This document shows positions 12,408-24,978 of a DNA stretch of 49,753 bases, one piece after another. This DNA comes from Macrostomum lignano (taxonomy: Eukaryota), in NCBI GenBank assembly GCA_002269645.1, contig NIVC01000133.1:117421-167173 (forward strand), given 5' to 3'. Each line of letters begins with the position of its first letter. The stretch's first letter is position 1. A model generated the notes under the pieces. It saw nothing but the letters and a program-made list of their open reading frames with translations, ran no database searches and was not told the DNA's origin. Position numbers and translations under genes: made by a program.

Positions 12408-13855
12408 CAGTGTTTGCCTTCGTACGTATTTTGAATGTGTTGCTTAATATGTAATGTCTCTCGTTGGCGCGAATTCGAATTCTATTTGATCGTAGTTAGA
12501 TAGAACTTTCTGATAGTTCTACTGTTAAAAATGTATCGATTTATTTTAGTAAACGCCCGCAATGTCACCACTGATCGCTGATCCTGAACATGGTAATTGG
12601 CGATTATGAACTTGAGAAAAAAATCTGTCTAAGAATGTGAAAGCGTGTGAAACATTAAACAGCCAGAGAGGGTTAAAGAATTTAGCTGGATTATTACAGT
12701 TTGCAGCCTTCCAGCGCCAGCAGCAGCTTCAGCAACAGATGCGGAACCAATTTTGCCTAAATACGAGACGACACGAAGGTAACGGAGATGAAGACAGCTG
12801 GAGAGGGAGAAAGCTGGTCGAGTCTCTGGGGAAATGAATTCTGCTCGCCCAATATGCGGATCGGGACTTGCTGAATGATGAATGCGATGCGATGCAGTGC
12901 AGTGGCAAAGGCGGCAAAGCTGCGCATTATGATGCGGCGTGGGTCAACAATACGCAGGTGAGTGACAGCCTCCATGGCGGATGCGGCCCGGCATTGGAGA
13001 GCGGAGAATGGGAAATACGGGAGGGAATGGCGGGAATCTATACACTGTTTTGCTAAACAACACCCAAGTAGACGGAGACGGCTCTGCTTGGTGAGTGGCA
13101 GTGCGGGGGACAGATTATTTAAGAGAATTTTTTCATGCTTTTCCAGCGCTGCCACAAAATATTAATAATTGTCTTTAATGCTTGGGTATACGAAAGCAAC
13201 ATAAAAAGTCTAAGGTAAAAATATAGGAAAGAAGCTGTCTATAAACGACAATAATTCATAGAAAATAATTCACTTACTGCTTGAATTTTTGTCTGAAAAA
13301 AACAAAAATTTGAAAGTTGCAACAAAGTCAAGACGAGAGCAATGCGAATAAAAGCTTTGCTTGTCTGCTGCACCTTTTGGGGCAACAGCTTGGCAGATTG
13401 AGCACCCTGCCCTGCTCTTGCCAGTGGCTGAAGCAGCCGAACTAGAAGCAGAGGTGCGTGACAAGGAAGGAGTGGTAATCAGACAAGGGCTCGCATCTTG
13501 GCTAGTTGGACTTTTAGTTCTATTCATCTTTCTTTTCATTTTTCCAGCATTCCTTCTCCTAAATCTGTCCCTTGTCTTTGATTGCCTTCACAAAGGTGTG
13601 TCAATGCTGCGGCTGCATGGTAATGATGAATTTGGTCAAGAATATTCAGGGCGGTTTCTTAATCAGAAACAAGTCAGCTGATTGATCAGATAAAAAGGGT
13701 TGATTCGCCGAGCGATTTCTTTGACGACTTTTCGTGTGCAGGAATTTCGTTCAACTGATAGAATTCTTCACTAAAGTCAGCTCAAGTGTAGGCGTACTTC
13801 TAACTTCTAAGAAAGACAGAGGAGACGGCAGGTACAACAGTGAAATTGTGCTCAC

Positions 13856-13930
13856 CTTGGCAGACGGCGTCTCTTGTTCGGGTGCATTGCGAGGCCATGT
13901 ACTGCCCAGGTGGGCACGACTGACGGCATT
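13856..13930 (-). CDS. Gene C exon 5: TNFR-type Cys-rich repeat (KCRQSCPPGQYMASQCTRTRDAVCQ)
   Basis: ttcgcag| acceptor, |gtgagc donor, 75 nt, phase 1-1. Matches the C-x2/3-C-x-x-G-x-Y-x4-C-T-x3-D-x-x-C TNFR pattern. Confidence 0.9.
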
Positions 13931-13967
13931 CTGCGAATGAGGGTGCGGGGATACTGTCAATTTCTAG

Positions 13968-14470
13968 TGGTTGAGTACATATTTCTGTCACAGGTTGAGC
14001 ACATATTTCTGTCACAGGTTGAGCACATATTTCTGTCACAGGTTGAGTACATATTTCTGTCACAGGTTGAGCACATATTTCTGTCACAGGTTGAGCACAT
14101 ATTTCTGTCACAGGTTGAGTACATATTTCTGTCACAGGTTGAGCACATATTTCTGTCACAGGTTGAGCACATATTTCTGTCACAGGTTGAGCACATATTT
14201 CTGTCACAGGTTGAGCACATATTTCTGTCACAGGTTGAGCACATATTTCTGTCACAGGTTGAGCACATATTTCTGTCACAGGTTGAGCACATATTTCCGT
14301 CACAGGTTGAGCACATATTTCCGTCACAGGTTGAGCACATATTTCTGTCACAGTTTAAGCACACACATTTTGAACTAAAGGTTGAGCACAGATCTCTCAC
14401 AAGTTGAGCATACATATCTGTCACAGGTTGAGCACACAGGAGCACCCATTTCTGTCACTGTGTGCTCAAC
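13968..14470. repeat. 24-bp minisatellite GGTTGAGCACATATTTCTGTCACA, 16 intact plus degenerate copies, filling gene C intron 4
   Basis: Period 24. Confidence 0.97.
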
Positions 14471-14498
14471 CTGTGATCTGGAGCTCTTTGCAGCTTAC

Positions 14499-14621
14499 TT
14501 GTACACCGAATCCCGTTGCCATAGTAACCTTCGCGACAGGCGCAACTGTAGAAGCCGACCAAGTTGGTGCAAACAGCGTCACGGGAACAGATGTCTGACC
14601 CCAGTGAGCACTCGTCAATAT
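14499..14621 (-). CDS. Gene C exon 4: calcium-binding EGF domain (DIDECSLGSDICSRDAVCTNLVGFYSCACREGYYGNGIRCT)
   Basis: Textbook cbEGF consensus (DIDEC...C-x-N-x2-G-x-Y-x-C-x-C-x2-G-Y). cacag| acceptor, |gtaagc donor, 123 nt, phase 1-1. Confidence 0.95.
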
Positions 14622-15546
14622 CTGTGCGTGCGGCAAAGTGAAGGTTGATCGACGGCTTGCTTAGCAACTATAGATAGATAGAAAACATCGAATATACAAA
14701 TACTTTGCATGCCTTTTTCGAGTCAAAAAAACTGTCACAAACTGAATTTTTTAAAATCAATAACAGTGCCAATTCTCGTTAGCGTTCCCGAGCGTCACCA
14801 CCGGAGGAGCCAACAACTGAGGGAACACTAAGGGAGTTCGACCCCGCTAGAGATAAGGCACGCTTAGCTTTGCCTCACAAACTGCCAATCAAAGCAATTT
14901 GACTAAAGAAGTAAACTTTTCTGATGGTAGTAAGATTGGTTCCCGCAAAGTTCCACCAGGAAGTGTTTGGAGATCTTCTGGATTACACTGATTGACTCTC
15001 TGACTGGTTGATTCTGTATGGCCGTTTTGCCGCATTTGGATTATAATCTAGCGTAGCTTAGTGCAAAACTGTATCAATTTCGAAAAACAACACGCAGCCT
15101 ACACTACTGAAACGGGGGCCGTAAGTAGTGCGCTACGGTTATGTTGAGGAATTTTAGAATAGTAAAAATCTGCTGCTTTAAAATCGGAGAAACGCATCGC
15201 TGGATGGCGCTAATGATTCTGGCCTAATTTGTGATTGGGGCATTGGCGCTGACAGTCTAGTGTTGTTTAACAAGACCCGAGAAGGGTCTCTCTGAAGCGT
15301 CACTTGACCAGTTAGTTGGGGGTCACTTTAACGGAACTGAAGAGCTAAGCTGACAGCAGGCTGTCCGTGATCCATCAAGATGATTGGTTGATTTTGATGC
15401 CAGTAACATGCAGCGATGGTTAAAGATGCATAGAAACTCTTAACTCGCACAGTAAAGCGTGAATATCTACTCTGGTCTTGCTGGAGTTACGATAGCTTCA
15501 TTCTGAAGTATATTATCCGCCATGAAAGTTCGAAGAAGCACACGTG

Positions 15547-15855
15547 TTGATTGATTACGCCTGCTCCAACTGGGCGAGACGTGCAACCGACAGCTCAGCC
15601 GCAGCTATTGCGCGACGCACCTGAAGGCTGCGTACGGCTGTTCAGTCCAAGGACTGGAGGGTCGCCACATACACCCTCAATTACCCCAGCTAATGCTGGC
15701 ACCCATTTTACAGCTGGGTGAACTGAAGCTATGCAGAGTTACGAGTCAAGTGTCTCAAGTGACTCAAAGACACAAATTGTTCCAGTGGGATCGGGAGTCG
15801 AACCCCCGACCTTCAAGTCGTAAGTCCGACGCTCTAACCACTAGGCTACAATGCA
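15547..15855 (-). mobile_element. tRNA-derived SINE with CORE/Meta-like central domain
   Basis: A box TAGCCTAGTGG and B box GGTTCGACTCC, then TGTGTCTTTGAG...ACACTTGACTC...TTCAGTTCACCCAGCTGTAAATGGG, and a short (AATC)n tail. Confidence 0.75.
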
Positions 15856-16889
15856 ATCATACACTCGCTTAACCAGAGTGTACAATGACCCTTGACTAAT
15901 CGTCAAACATGTACACCTCTCTGGGATTTGTGGATTGGCTCTTATGAGTGCTGAACCGCCACAACAAGCCCCAATCGATTTCTGTTCACAGGCCTCAAAT
16001 TGGGGGGTCGTGGCGCGTGGTGCTTCAAGCCTTTCTTCAGCCAAGAAGCATATTTCCTGCTTTTCCAAGAAAGTAGCAGATGGTAGGAATGTGGAGACGT
16101 TAATTTTTATGTCTATGACCTAAACCAAGGCCCTATAAAATCCCGCAGGTCTTTCATTTTGGCTTTGGTGTTTATGGTACAGTTTATGACTCACGGACTC
16201 TACTGCAGTCCAGAGGCCCGGTTACTTGACTTGTACATCAACTTTCATTCCTTCGTACATCGGTTGAGTGATTTGATGGCAGTGTGAGTCAGCCTTAAGA
16301 AACTTTTTGATGATTCGGTGACAGATGCTGCCAGGCTAGTTAAAAATTCATTATTCATATCTTGCACAGGCTCTTAACCGAATTGCCTATCCATTTTCGA
16401 CTGGTGCAAAAATTTTTATGTTTTATTTCGAAACACGACAAGTTTCTTATTGCATGCGTTTTGACAAATTCGATGCGAATATGTTCACTTGTTCTACACT
16501 GAAAGCGACCCATAGCTGCTCTGTGAATTTCCAAATCTTGAGAAATATTAGGTAGTTGCTAACAAGGCTTCTTCTAGGAGAGCCTTTCTGGGGGGGGCTG
16601 CTTTTAATTACCACAATTCTCCCAGCTGCTCGGCCTGAGAGCGGAGTGGGATTAACTAAAGATTTTCAGCTTAGAGATTTCCTAGAGGCAAAAAGGGGTT
16701 TTTGAAAATTGCCACGAACGTGAGCCATTTTTGCTTACACCAATCTCTTTGATCTTCTCAAAGGGTTTAGAAGAATGCTGTAATTAAAATTTTAGCCCTT
16801 CGGGAAGCAGGTTTAATGTTTTTTTGAGCCAGTCGAACAGTTAGGGAGAAGAAATAAAATATTACAGGTACGGAGGGAGAAGCAAGAGA

Positions 16890-18252
16890 TAAAAGAGAGA
16901 AGGCATGAGAGAGAAGGTATGAGAGATAGAAGGTAGAAGAGGAGAGAGGGAGAAGGCAGGAGAGAGGGAGAAGGCAGGAGAGAGAAGGCAGGAGAAGAGA
17001 GAGAAGGCAGGAGAGAGAAGGCATGAGAGAGAGAAGGCAGGAGAGGAGAGAGAAGGCAGGAGAGGAGAGAGAAGGCAGGAGAGAGAGAAGGCAGGAGAGG
17101 AGAGAGAAGGCAAGAGAGGAAAGAGAAGGCAAGAGAGGAGAGAGAAGGCAGGAGAGAGAGAAGGCAAGAGAGGAGAGAGAAGGCAAGAGAGGAGAGAGAA
17201 GGCATGAGAGGAGAGAGAAGGCAGGAGAGAGAAGGCATGAGAGGAGAGAGAAGGCAGGAGAGAGAAGGCATGAGAGGAGAGAGAAGGCAGGAGAGAGAAG
17301 GCAGGAGAGAGAAGGCAGGAGAGAGAAGGCAGGAGATAGAAGGCAGGAGAGAGAAGGCAGGAGAGAGAAGGCAGGAGAGGAGAGAGAAGGCAGGAGAGAG
17401 AGAAGGCATGAGAGGAGAGAGAAGGCAGGAGAGAGAAGGCATGAGAGGAGAGAGAAGGCAGGAGAGAGAAGGCATGAGAGGAGAGAGAAGGCAGGAGAGA
17501 GAAGGCATGAGAGGAGAGAGAAGGCAGGAGAGAGAAGGCATGAGAGGAGAGAGAAGGCAGGAAAGAGAAGGCATGAGAGGAGAGAGAAGGCAGGAGAGGA
17601 GAGAGAAGGCAGGAGAGAGAAAGCAAGAGAGGAGAGAGAAGGCAGGAGAGGAGAGAGAAGGCAGGAAAGAGAAGGCATGAGAGGAGAGAGAAGGCAGGAG
17701 AGAGAAAGCAAGAGAGAAGAGAGAAGGCAAGAGAGGAGAGAGAAGGCAGGAGAGAGGGAAGGCATGAGAGGAGAGAGAAGGCAGGAGAGAGAAGGCATGA
17801 GAGGAGAGAGAAGGCAGGAGAGAGAAGGCAAGAGAGGAGAGAGAAGGCAGGAGAGGAGAGAGAAGGCAGGAGAGAGAAGACAAGAGAGGAGAGAGAAGGC
17901 AGGAGAGGAGAGAGAAGGCAGGAGAGAGAAAGCAAGAGAGGAGAGAGAAGGCAGGAGAGGAGAGAGAAGGCAGGAAAGAGAAGGCATGAGAGGAGAGAGA
18001 AGGCAGGAGAGAGAAAGCAAGAGAGGAGAGAGAAGGCAGGAGAGGAGAGAGAAGGCAGGAAAGAGAAGGCATGAGAGGAGAGAGAAGGCAGGAGAGAGAA
18101 AGCAAGAGAGGAGAGAGAAGGCAGGAGAGAGAAGGCAGGAGAGAGAAGGCAGGAGAGGAGAGAGAAGGCAGGAGAGAGAAGGCATGAGAGGAGAGAGAGA
18201 AGGCAGGAGAGAGAAGGCAGGAGAGAGAGAAGGCAGGAGAGAAGAGAGGAGA
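16890..18252. repeat. Polypurine degenerate repeat (GAGAGAAGGCA(G/T)GA core)
   Basis: Direct inspection. Confidence 0.95.
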
Positions 18253-18874
18253 TTAGAAAATATGGGGAAAGGCGCGGTCAAATGTATAAGGTCGGGCCAT
18301 CACAAAGGTGAACTCCAGTTGAGCACTTATTTAGCTTTACGCGGCAAAGGTCATAAAAAACATTCACATAGAACGGAAAAAAACGGATGGAGAAAAAAGC
18401 TCAGAAGGGATCTCAAATTCCTAGACGGAAATTTCCCCGACAGAAAAAGCAATTTTTTTGTTTGTCATCCGATTCTGTCTCGCCGATGCAGCATACGATA
18501 GTAACGATGTTTTGTCTGCGTTGGATTTGATTCTCAATTGTTGGAAACTGTTCGAGAAGGCTCAGCAGTCGCTTCAATAGTCTACAGCTTCAAAATAGCC
18601 TCTTTAGTAACCCTGTGATGCAGGTCTGACTCACTGGAAGATGCATGCAAGCTGGTGTTTTAGATTGTAAAAAGTGACTTGAGTAGTGGTAAAAAAATCG
18701 CCGTAGGCTAGGACGCCCACTACTCCTTCTCTTTGTGTGAGCTGGCAGCGGATGAATGGTTAAACATTGAACTGCAACTAATGCGTATCGACTACATGTA
18801 TTATCGACTGCAGTAGCATAGTGTCAGGCATTGAATCTGGAGTGGAAACTTCACTTTTGATATGCAACACATTT

Positions 18875-20068
18875 TTGAGGTCTAAAACCTCAGTGTTTTA
18901 GAGTCTCATCTCTGATTTTAGGTCCAAAAACTCAGTGTTTTAGAGTCTCATCTCTGATTTTAGGTCTAAAACCTCAGTGTTTTAGAGTCTCATCTCAGAT
19001 TTTAGGTCCAAAACCTCAGTGTATTAGAGTCTCATATCTGATTTTAGGTCCAAAACTTCAGTGTGTTAGAGTCTCATTTCTGATTTTAGGTCTAAAACTT
19101 CAGTGTTTTAGAGTCTCATCTCTGATTTTAGGTCCAAAACCTCAGTGTATTAGAGTCTCATCTCTGATTTTAGGTCTAAAACCTCAGTGTTTTAGAGTCT
19201 CATCTCTGATTTTAGGTCTAAAACCTCAGTGTATTAGAGTCTCATCTCTGATTTTAGGTCTAAAACCTCAGTGTATTAGAGTCTCATCTCTGATTTTAGG
19301 TCTAAAACCTCAGTGTTTTAGAGTCTCATTTCTGATTTTAGGTCTAAAACCTCAGTGTTTTAGAGTCTCATCTCTGATTTTAGGTCCAAAACCTCAGTGT
19401 ATTAGAGTCTCATCTCTGATTTTAGGTCTAAAACCTTAGTGTATTAGAGTCTCATCTCTGATTTTAGGTCCAAAACCTCAGTGTTTTAGAGTCTCATCTC
19501 TTATTTTAGGTCCAAAACCTCAGTGTGTTAGAGTCTCATCTCAGATTTTAGGTCCAAAACCTCAGTGTATTAGAGTCTCATCTCTGATTTTAGGTCCAAA
19601 ACCTCAGTGTGTTAGAGTCTCATCTCAGATTTTAGGTCCAAAACCCCAGTGTTTTAGAGTCTCATTTCTGATTTTAGGTCTAAAACCTCAGTGTTTTAGA
19701 GTCTCATCTCTGATTTTAGGTCTAAAACCTCAGTGTGTTAGAGTCTCATCTCTGATTTTAGGTCCAAAACCTCAGTGCATTAGAGTCTCATCTCAGATTT
19801 TAGGTCCAAAACCTCAGTGTTTTAGAGTCTCATCTCTGATTTTAGGTCTAAAACCTCAGTGTTTTAGAGTCTCATCTTTGATTTTAGGTCCAAAAACTCA
19901 GTGTTTTAGAGTCTCATTTCTGATTTTAGGTCTAAAACCTCAGTGTGTTAGAGTCTCATCTCTGATTTTAGGTCCAAAACCTCAGTGTATTAGAGTCTCA
20001 TCTCAGATTTTAGGTCCAAAACCTCAGTGTATTAGAGTCTCATCTCTGATTTTAGGTCTAAAACCTGT
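18875..20068. repeat. 42-bp minisatellite TTTTAGGTCYAAAACCTCAGTGTDTTAGAGTCTCATCTCTGA, about 28 copies
   Basis: 14-aa period. Confidence 0.97.
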
Positions 20069-20446
20069 GAGCATCGATATAAAAACTTTTTCCTGTCCAG
20101 ATTCTCTGTCTAGAATTCCATGCATCTTACAGGGGGAATTTTTATGCGGCGCCTAAACCTTAGAAGGCTATTTAGGGACAAGCAAAGACAGGAATAAAGT
20201 ATGAAAATGGAACTGGCGAGAGGGAGAAAGGGTGAAGGAGCAAAAATAACCAATGCTAAAACTGAACTTATCAACCCCACATCACGCAATCTGGACTTTG
20301 GACTTCTCTACTAAAACCCTGCGCGAGTGAACTGCTGGGTAGCCATGCAGCTCATAGGCTTGTCAACTATGCCCCCAATAAACTGCCTTTCACAACATAT
20401 CGGTGCCCGATCTCAAGAGCTACAATCTCGTAGATATCCTCTCAAC

Positions 20447-22182
20447 TTCAATCCGCTGTCTCCTCTATTCAATCAGCTGTCTCCTCTATTCAATCCGCTG
20501 TCTCCTCTATTCAATCCGCTGTCTCCTCTATTCAATCAGCTGTCTCCTCTATTCAATCCGCTGTCTCCTCTATTCAATCAGCTGTCTCCTCTATTCAATC
20601 CGCTGTCTCCTCTATTCAATCAGCTGTCTCCTCTATTCAATCAGCTGTCTCCTCTATTCAATCCGCTGTCTCCTCTATTCAATCAGCTGTCTCCTCTATT
20701 CAATCCGCTGTCTCCTCTATTCAATCCGCTGTCTCCTCTATTCAATCAGCTGTCTCCTCTATTCAATCCGCTGTCTCCTCTATTCAATCCGCTGTCTCCT
20801 CTATTCAATCCACTGTCTCCTCTATTCAATCAGCTGTCTCCTTTATTCAATCAGCTGTCTCCTCTATTCAATCCGCTGTCTCCTCTATTCAATCCGCTGT
20901 CTCCTCTATTCAATCCGCTGTCTCCTCTATTCAATCCGCTGTCTCCTCTATTCAATCCGCTGTCTCCTCTATTCAATCAGCTGTCTCCTTTATTCAATCC
21001 GCTGTCTCCTCTATTCAATCCGCTGTCTCCTCTATTCAATCCGCTGTCTCCTCTATTCAATCAGCTGTCTCCTCTATTCAATCCGCTGTCTCCTCTATTC
21101 AATCCGCTGTCTCCTCTATTCAATCAGCTGTCTCCTTTATTCAATCAGCTGTCTCCTCTATTCAATCTGCTGTCTCCTCTTCTCAATCCGCTGTCTCCTC
21201 TATTCAATCAGCTGTCTCCTCAATTCAATCCGCTGTCTCCTCTATTCAATCCGCTGTCTCCTCTATTCAATCCGCTGTCTCCTCTATTCAATCAGCTGTC
21301 TCCTCTATTCAATCCGCTGTCTCCTCTATTCAATCCGCTGTCTCCTCTATTCAATCAGCTGTCTCCTCAATTCAATCCGCTGTCTCCTCTATTCAATCCG
21401 CTGTCTCCTCTATTCAATCAGCTGTCTCCTTTATTCAATCAGCTGTCTCCTCTATTCAATCCGCTGTCTCCTCTATTCAATCCGCTGTCTCCTCTATTCA
21501 ATCAGCTGTCTCCTCAATTCAATCCACTGTCTCCTCTATTCAATCCGCTGTCTCCTCTATTCAATCAGCTGTCGCCTTTATTCAATCAGCTGTCTCCTCT
21601 ATTCAATCTGCTGTCTCCTCTTCTCAATCCGCTGTCTCCTCTATTCAATCAGCTGTCTCCTCAATTCAATCCGCTGTCTCCTCTATTCAATCCGCTGTCT
21701 CCTCTATTCAATTAGCTGTCTCCTTTATTCAATCAGCTGTCTCCTCTATTCAATCTGCTGTCTCCTCTTCTCAATCCGCTGTCTCCTCTATTCAATCAGC
21801 TGTCTCCTCTATTCAATCCGCTGTCTCCTCTATTCAATCCGCTGTCTCCTCTATTCAATCCGCTGTCTCCTCTATTCAATCAGCTGTCTCCTCTATTCAA
21901 TCCACTGTCTCCTCTATTCAATCCGCTGTCTCCTCTATTCAATCAGCTGTCTCCTCAATTCAATCCGCTGTCTCCTCTATTCAATCCGCTGTCTCCTCTA
22001 TTCAATCAGCTGTCTCCTCTATTCAATCAGCTGTCTCCTCTATTCAATCCGCTGTCTCCTCTTCTCAATCCGCTGTCTCCTCTATTCAATCCGCTGTCTC
22101 CTCTATTCAATCAGCTGTCTCCTCTATTCAATCCGCTGTCTCCTCTTCTCAATCCGCTGTCTCCTCTATTCAATCCGCCGTC
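20447..22182. repeat. 21-bp minisatellite TCAATC(C/A)GCTGTCTCCTCTAT, about 82 copies
   Basis: 7-aa period, no indels apparent. Confidence 0.98.
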
Positions 22183-23254
22183 TCCTTTTTTCTCCCCTCT
22201 TCTTCGAAGATTCTTTTCGATCCGCACTTCTTAACATTTTTCTCACACTTAGTCTCCATTCTATTCTCATCTCAATGCCCTCTCTGCTTCCTATCCGTTC
22301 CACCGATCTAATCTCTCATCTTTGGTCTGACCCTCCTCTGCTGTCTCTTTCTCTCACTCTCCTTCGCCAACTCAATTTACACGTACGTACGTGTATCTGC
22401 CAGTCCCAGGGGACATAGCCAGTGGTTGCGGCTCAAACTGGCCTTATAAATGCTCTTATTGCAGTCATGGGCCACTTGTCTGTCAGTGTAAAAAAACAAA
22501 ACGATTACAGTAAATGTTGTGCTAGATCACAAGCGCTTGGACAGAAACTCGCGCGTTGCAGCAGTGTGGAACGGTCAGGCAAAGCCTGGGTTTTCCAAAT
22601 CGCGGGCTTGCAGCAAGTCAATTGCAATGGAGAAAGAGATGCACGAGATGGATGGGTGCAGTTACTGCAAATATTGACTTGCAGCCTTCCCAGAAAACTG
22701 GGGGGGGGGATTGCCCTGGTTTTTTACACAAAAAGCGCACGGGGAAGAGACTGGATTGCGTTGTTTGGGAGAACTGATCTCAGGAAGATTGACGACAAGA
22801 GTCGGAGGGCCGGCCACTCCGGACGACAGCCAATGCGTTTACTTATTGTTAACTAAATACGTGTTTGAGAGATGGAGAGAGGAGACTCTCTCTCTCAGCA
22901 TTTCTCCTGCAATTTTGGACTCAATATGGTGTCCCCCATTGTCCGTCAGGTTGCTGGGGTTCCTTAACGGAAAGAACTATGAAAATCAGCATTGACTATC
23001 TGTAAGCAAGCCTACCTGCTTAGCTAAAAGAAAATCTCCTTTGCTGGTCATTTCCTGGACTGCATGGCTTGGACCAATGCCAACAAAAGACTGGCTAAGG
23101 TTTCTGAGCTCTCAGTCCGCAATTTTGTTTGCTCAAACTTGGAGGCACGAGTATGGCGTTGGGTAACCCCTGACCTGCTTTGGGGTTAATGCGAATTGTC
23201 AGACACAGACAAAGCACTGTCTGGTTAATCCTTCACTATGCTGTCACTCCTTCT

Positions 23255-24122
23255 CATTCACTCTGTCACCCACCTGTCACTCCCTCCCATTCACCCAATT
23301 CACCCACCTGTCACTCCCTCCCATTCACTCTGTCACCCACCTGTCACTCCCTCCCATTCACTCTGTCACCCACCTGTCACTCCCTCCCATTCACCCAAGT
23401 CACCCATCTGTCACTCTCTGTCATTCACTCTGTCACCCACCTGTCACTCCCTCCCATTCACCCAATTCACCCACCTGTCACTCTCTGTCATTCACTCTGT
23501 CACCCACCTGTCACTCCCTCCCATTCACTCTGTCACCCACCTGTCACTCCCTCCCATTTACCCAAGTCACCCATCTGTCACTCTCTGTCATTCACTCTGT
23601 CACCCACCTGTCACTCCCTCCCATTTACCCAAGTCACCCACCTGTCACTCTCTGTCATTCACTCTGTCACCCACCTGTCACTCCCTCCCATTCACCCAAG
23701 TCACCCACCTGTCACTCTCTCCCATTCACTCAAGTCACCAACCTGTCACTCTCTCCCATTCACTCAAGTCACCCACCTGTCACTCTCTCCCATTCACTCA
23801 AGTCACCCACCTGTCACTCTCTCCCATTCACTCAAGTCACCCACCTGTCACTCTCTCCCATTCACTCAAGTCACCCACCTGTCACTCTCTCCCATTCACT
23901 CTGTCACATACCTGTCACCCTCTCCCATTCACTCAGTCACCCACCTGTCACTCTCTCCCATTCACTCAAGTCACCCACCTGTCACTCTCTCCCATTCACT
24001 CAGTCACCTTACCTGTCACTCTCTCCCATTCACTCAAGTCACCCAGCTGTCACTCTCTCCCATTCACTCAAGTCACCCACCTGTCACTCTCTCCCATTCA
24101 CTCAAGTCACCCACCTGTCACC
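23255..24122. repeat. About 34-bp minisatellite CACCCACCTGTCACTCTCTCCCATTCACTCAAGT, about 25 copies
   Basis: Starts about 35 nt after the exon 3 donor (minus-strand sense). Confidence 0.95.
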
Positions 24123-24157
24123 CTCTCCCTCCACCGCTCCCGTTCCCCCTCTCTCAC

Positions 24158-24331
24158 CAACGCAGGCTCCAGTTGGCGCGTAGAATCGGAAGCCGCGCAC
24201 GCAGGCGCACTCGGCGGAGCTGGGGTGGCAGCCCAGCCGGTTCTGGCCGAGCGCGATGCGGCACCGATCCCGCTTCTTGCAGGCGTCGCCGCCCGCATCC
24301 GCTGTCACCGACTCGGTGATGTCTGGCGTGT
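24158..24331 (-). CDS. Gene C exon 3: EGF-like module (CKKRDRCRIALGQNRLGCHPSSAECACVRGFRFYAPTGACV)
   Basis: ttccccag| acceptor, |gtgaga donor, 174 nt, phase 1-1. Six Cys including CxC. Splicing to the next exon gives the canonical CV-DIDEC junction. Confidence 0.88.
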
Positions 24332-24504
24332 CTGGGGAATTGATGAAGGAAGAAATATGGCACCGATGTAATGCGCTCTGTGGTTATGGCCGACCTTTGA
24401 CTGCCCCAATTCGACTGCCACTATTTGACCGCTGAGCATTTGACTGACAGGCGGTCATATAGTGGCAGTCCAATGTCGTGGATTCGCCTCTTCGTCTGCC
24501 TTAG

Positions 24505-24978
24505 TGCCTGTCTTTGTGTCTGTCTTAGTGTTCTAATACCTATCATTGTGTCTGTCTTTGTGTTTCAATGCCTGTCTTTGTGTCTGTCTTAGTGTTCCAA
24601 TGCCTGTCTTTGTGTCTGTCTTAGTGTTCCAATGCCTGTATTTGTGTCTGTCTTAGTGTTCTAATACCTGTCTTTGTGTCTGTCTTAGTGTTCCAATGCC
24701 TGTCTTTGTGTCTGTCTTAGTGTTCTAATACCTGTCTTTGTGTCTGTCTTAGTGTCCCAATGCCTGTCTTTGTGTCTGTCTTAGTGTTCCAATGCCTGTA
24801 TTTGTGTCTGTCTTAGTGTTTCAATGCCTGCCTTCGTGTCTGTCTTAGTGTCCCAATGCCTGCCTTCGTGTCTGTCTTAGTGTCCCAATGCCTGTCTTCG
24901 TGTCTGTCTTAGTGTTTCAATGCCTGTCTTTGTGTCTGTCTTAGTGCCCCAATGCCTGCCTTTGTGTTTGTCTTAGTG
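24505..24978. repeat. 32-bp minisatellite TGTGTCTGTCTTAGTGTTCCAATGCCTGTCTT, about 14 copies; orphan monomer near 25175-25235
   Basis: Direct inspection. Confidence 0.95.

Noticed and set aside
13361-13681. Plus-strand ORF with a TM-like hydrophobic stretch
   Set aside because: The hydrophobicity comes from a T/C-rich low-complexity tract, there is no ATG (TTG start), and no convincing flanking splice sites were found.
15780-15855. Possible tRNA gene (TAC at the anticodon position)
   Set aside because: The anticodon and acceptor stems pair poorly, and the sequence continues into a SINE body and tail.
20447-22182. Minus-strand (NRGDSGL)n poly-RGD reading
   Set aside because: The common TCA variant creates TGA stops throughout this frame.
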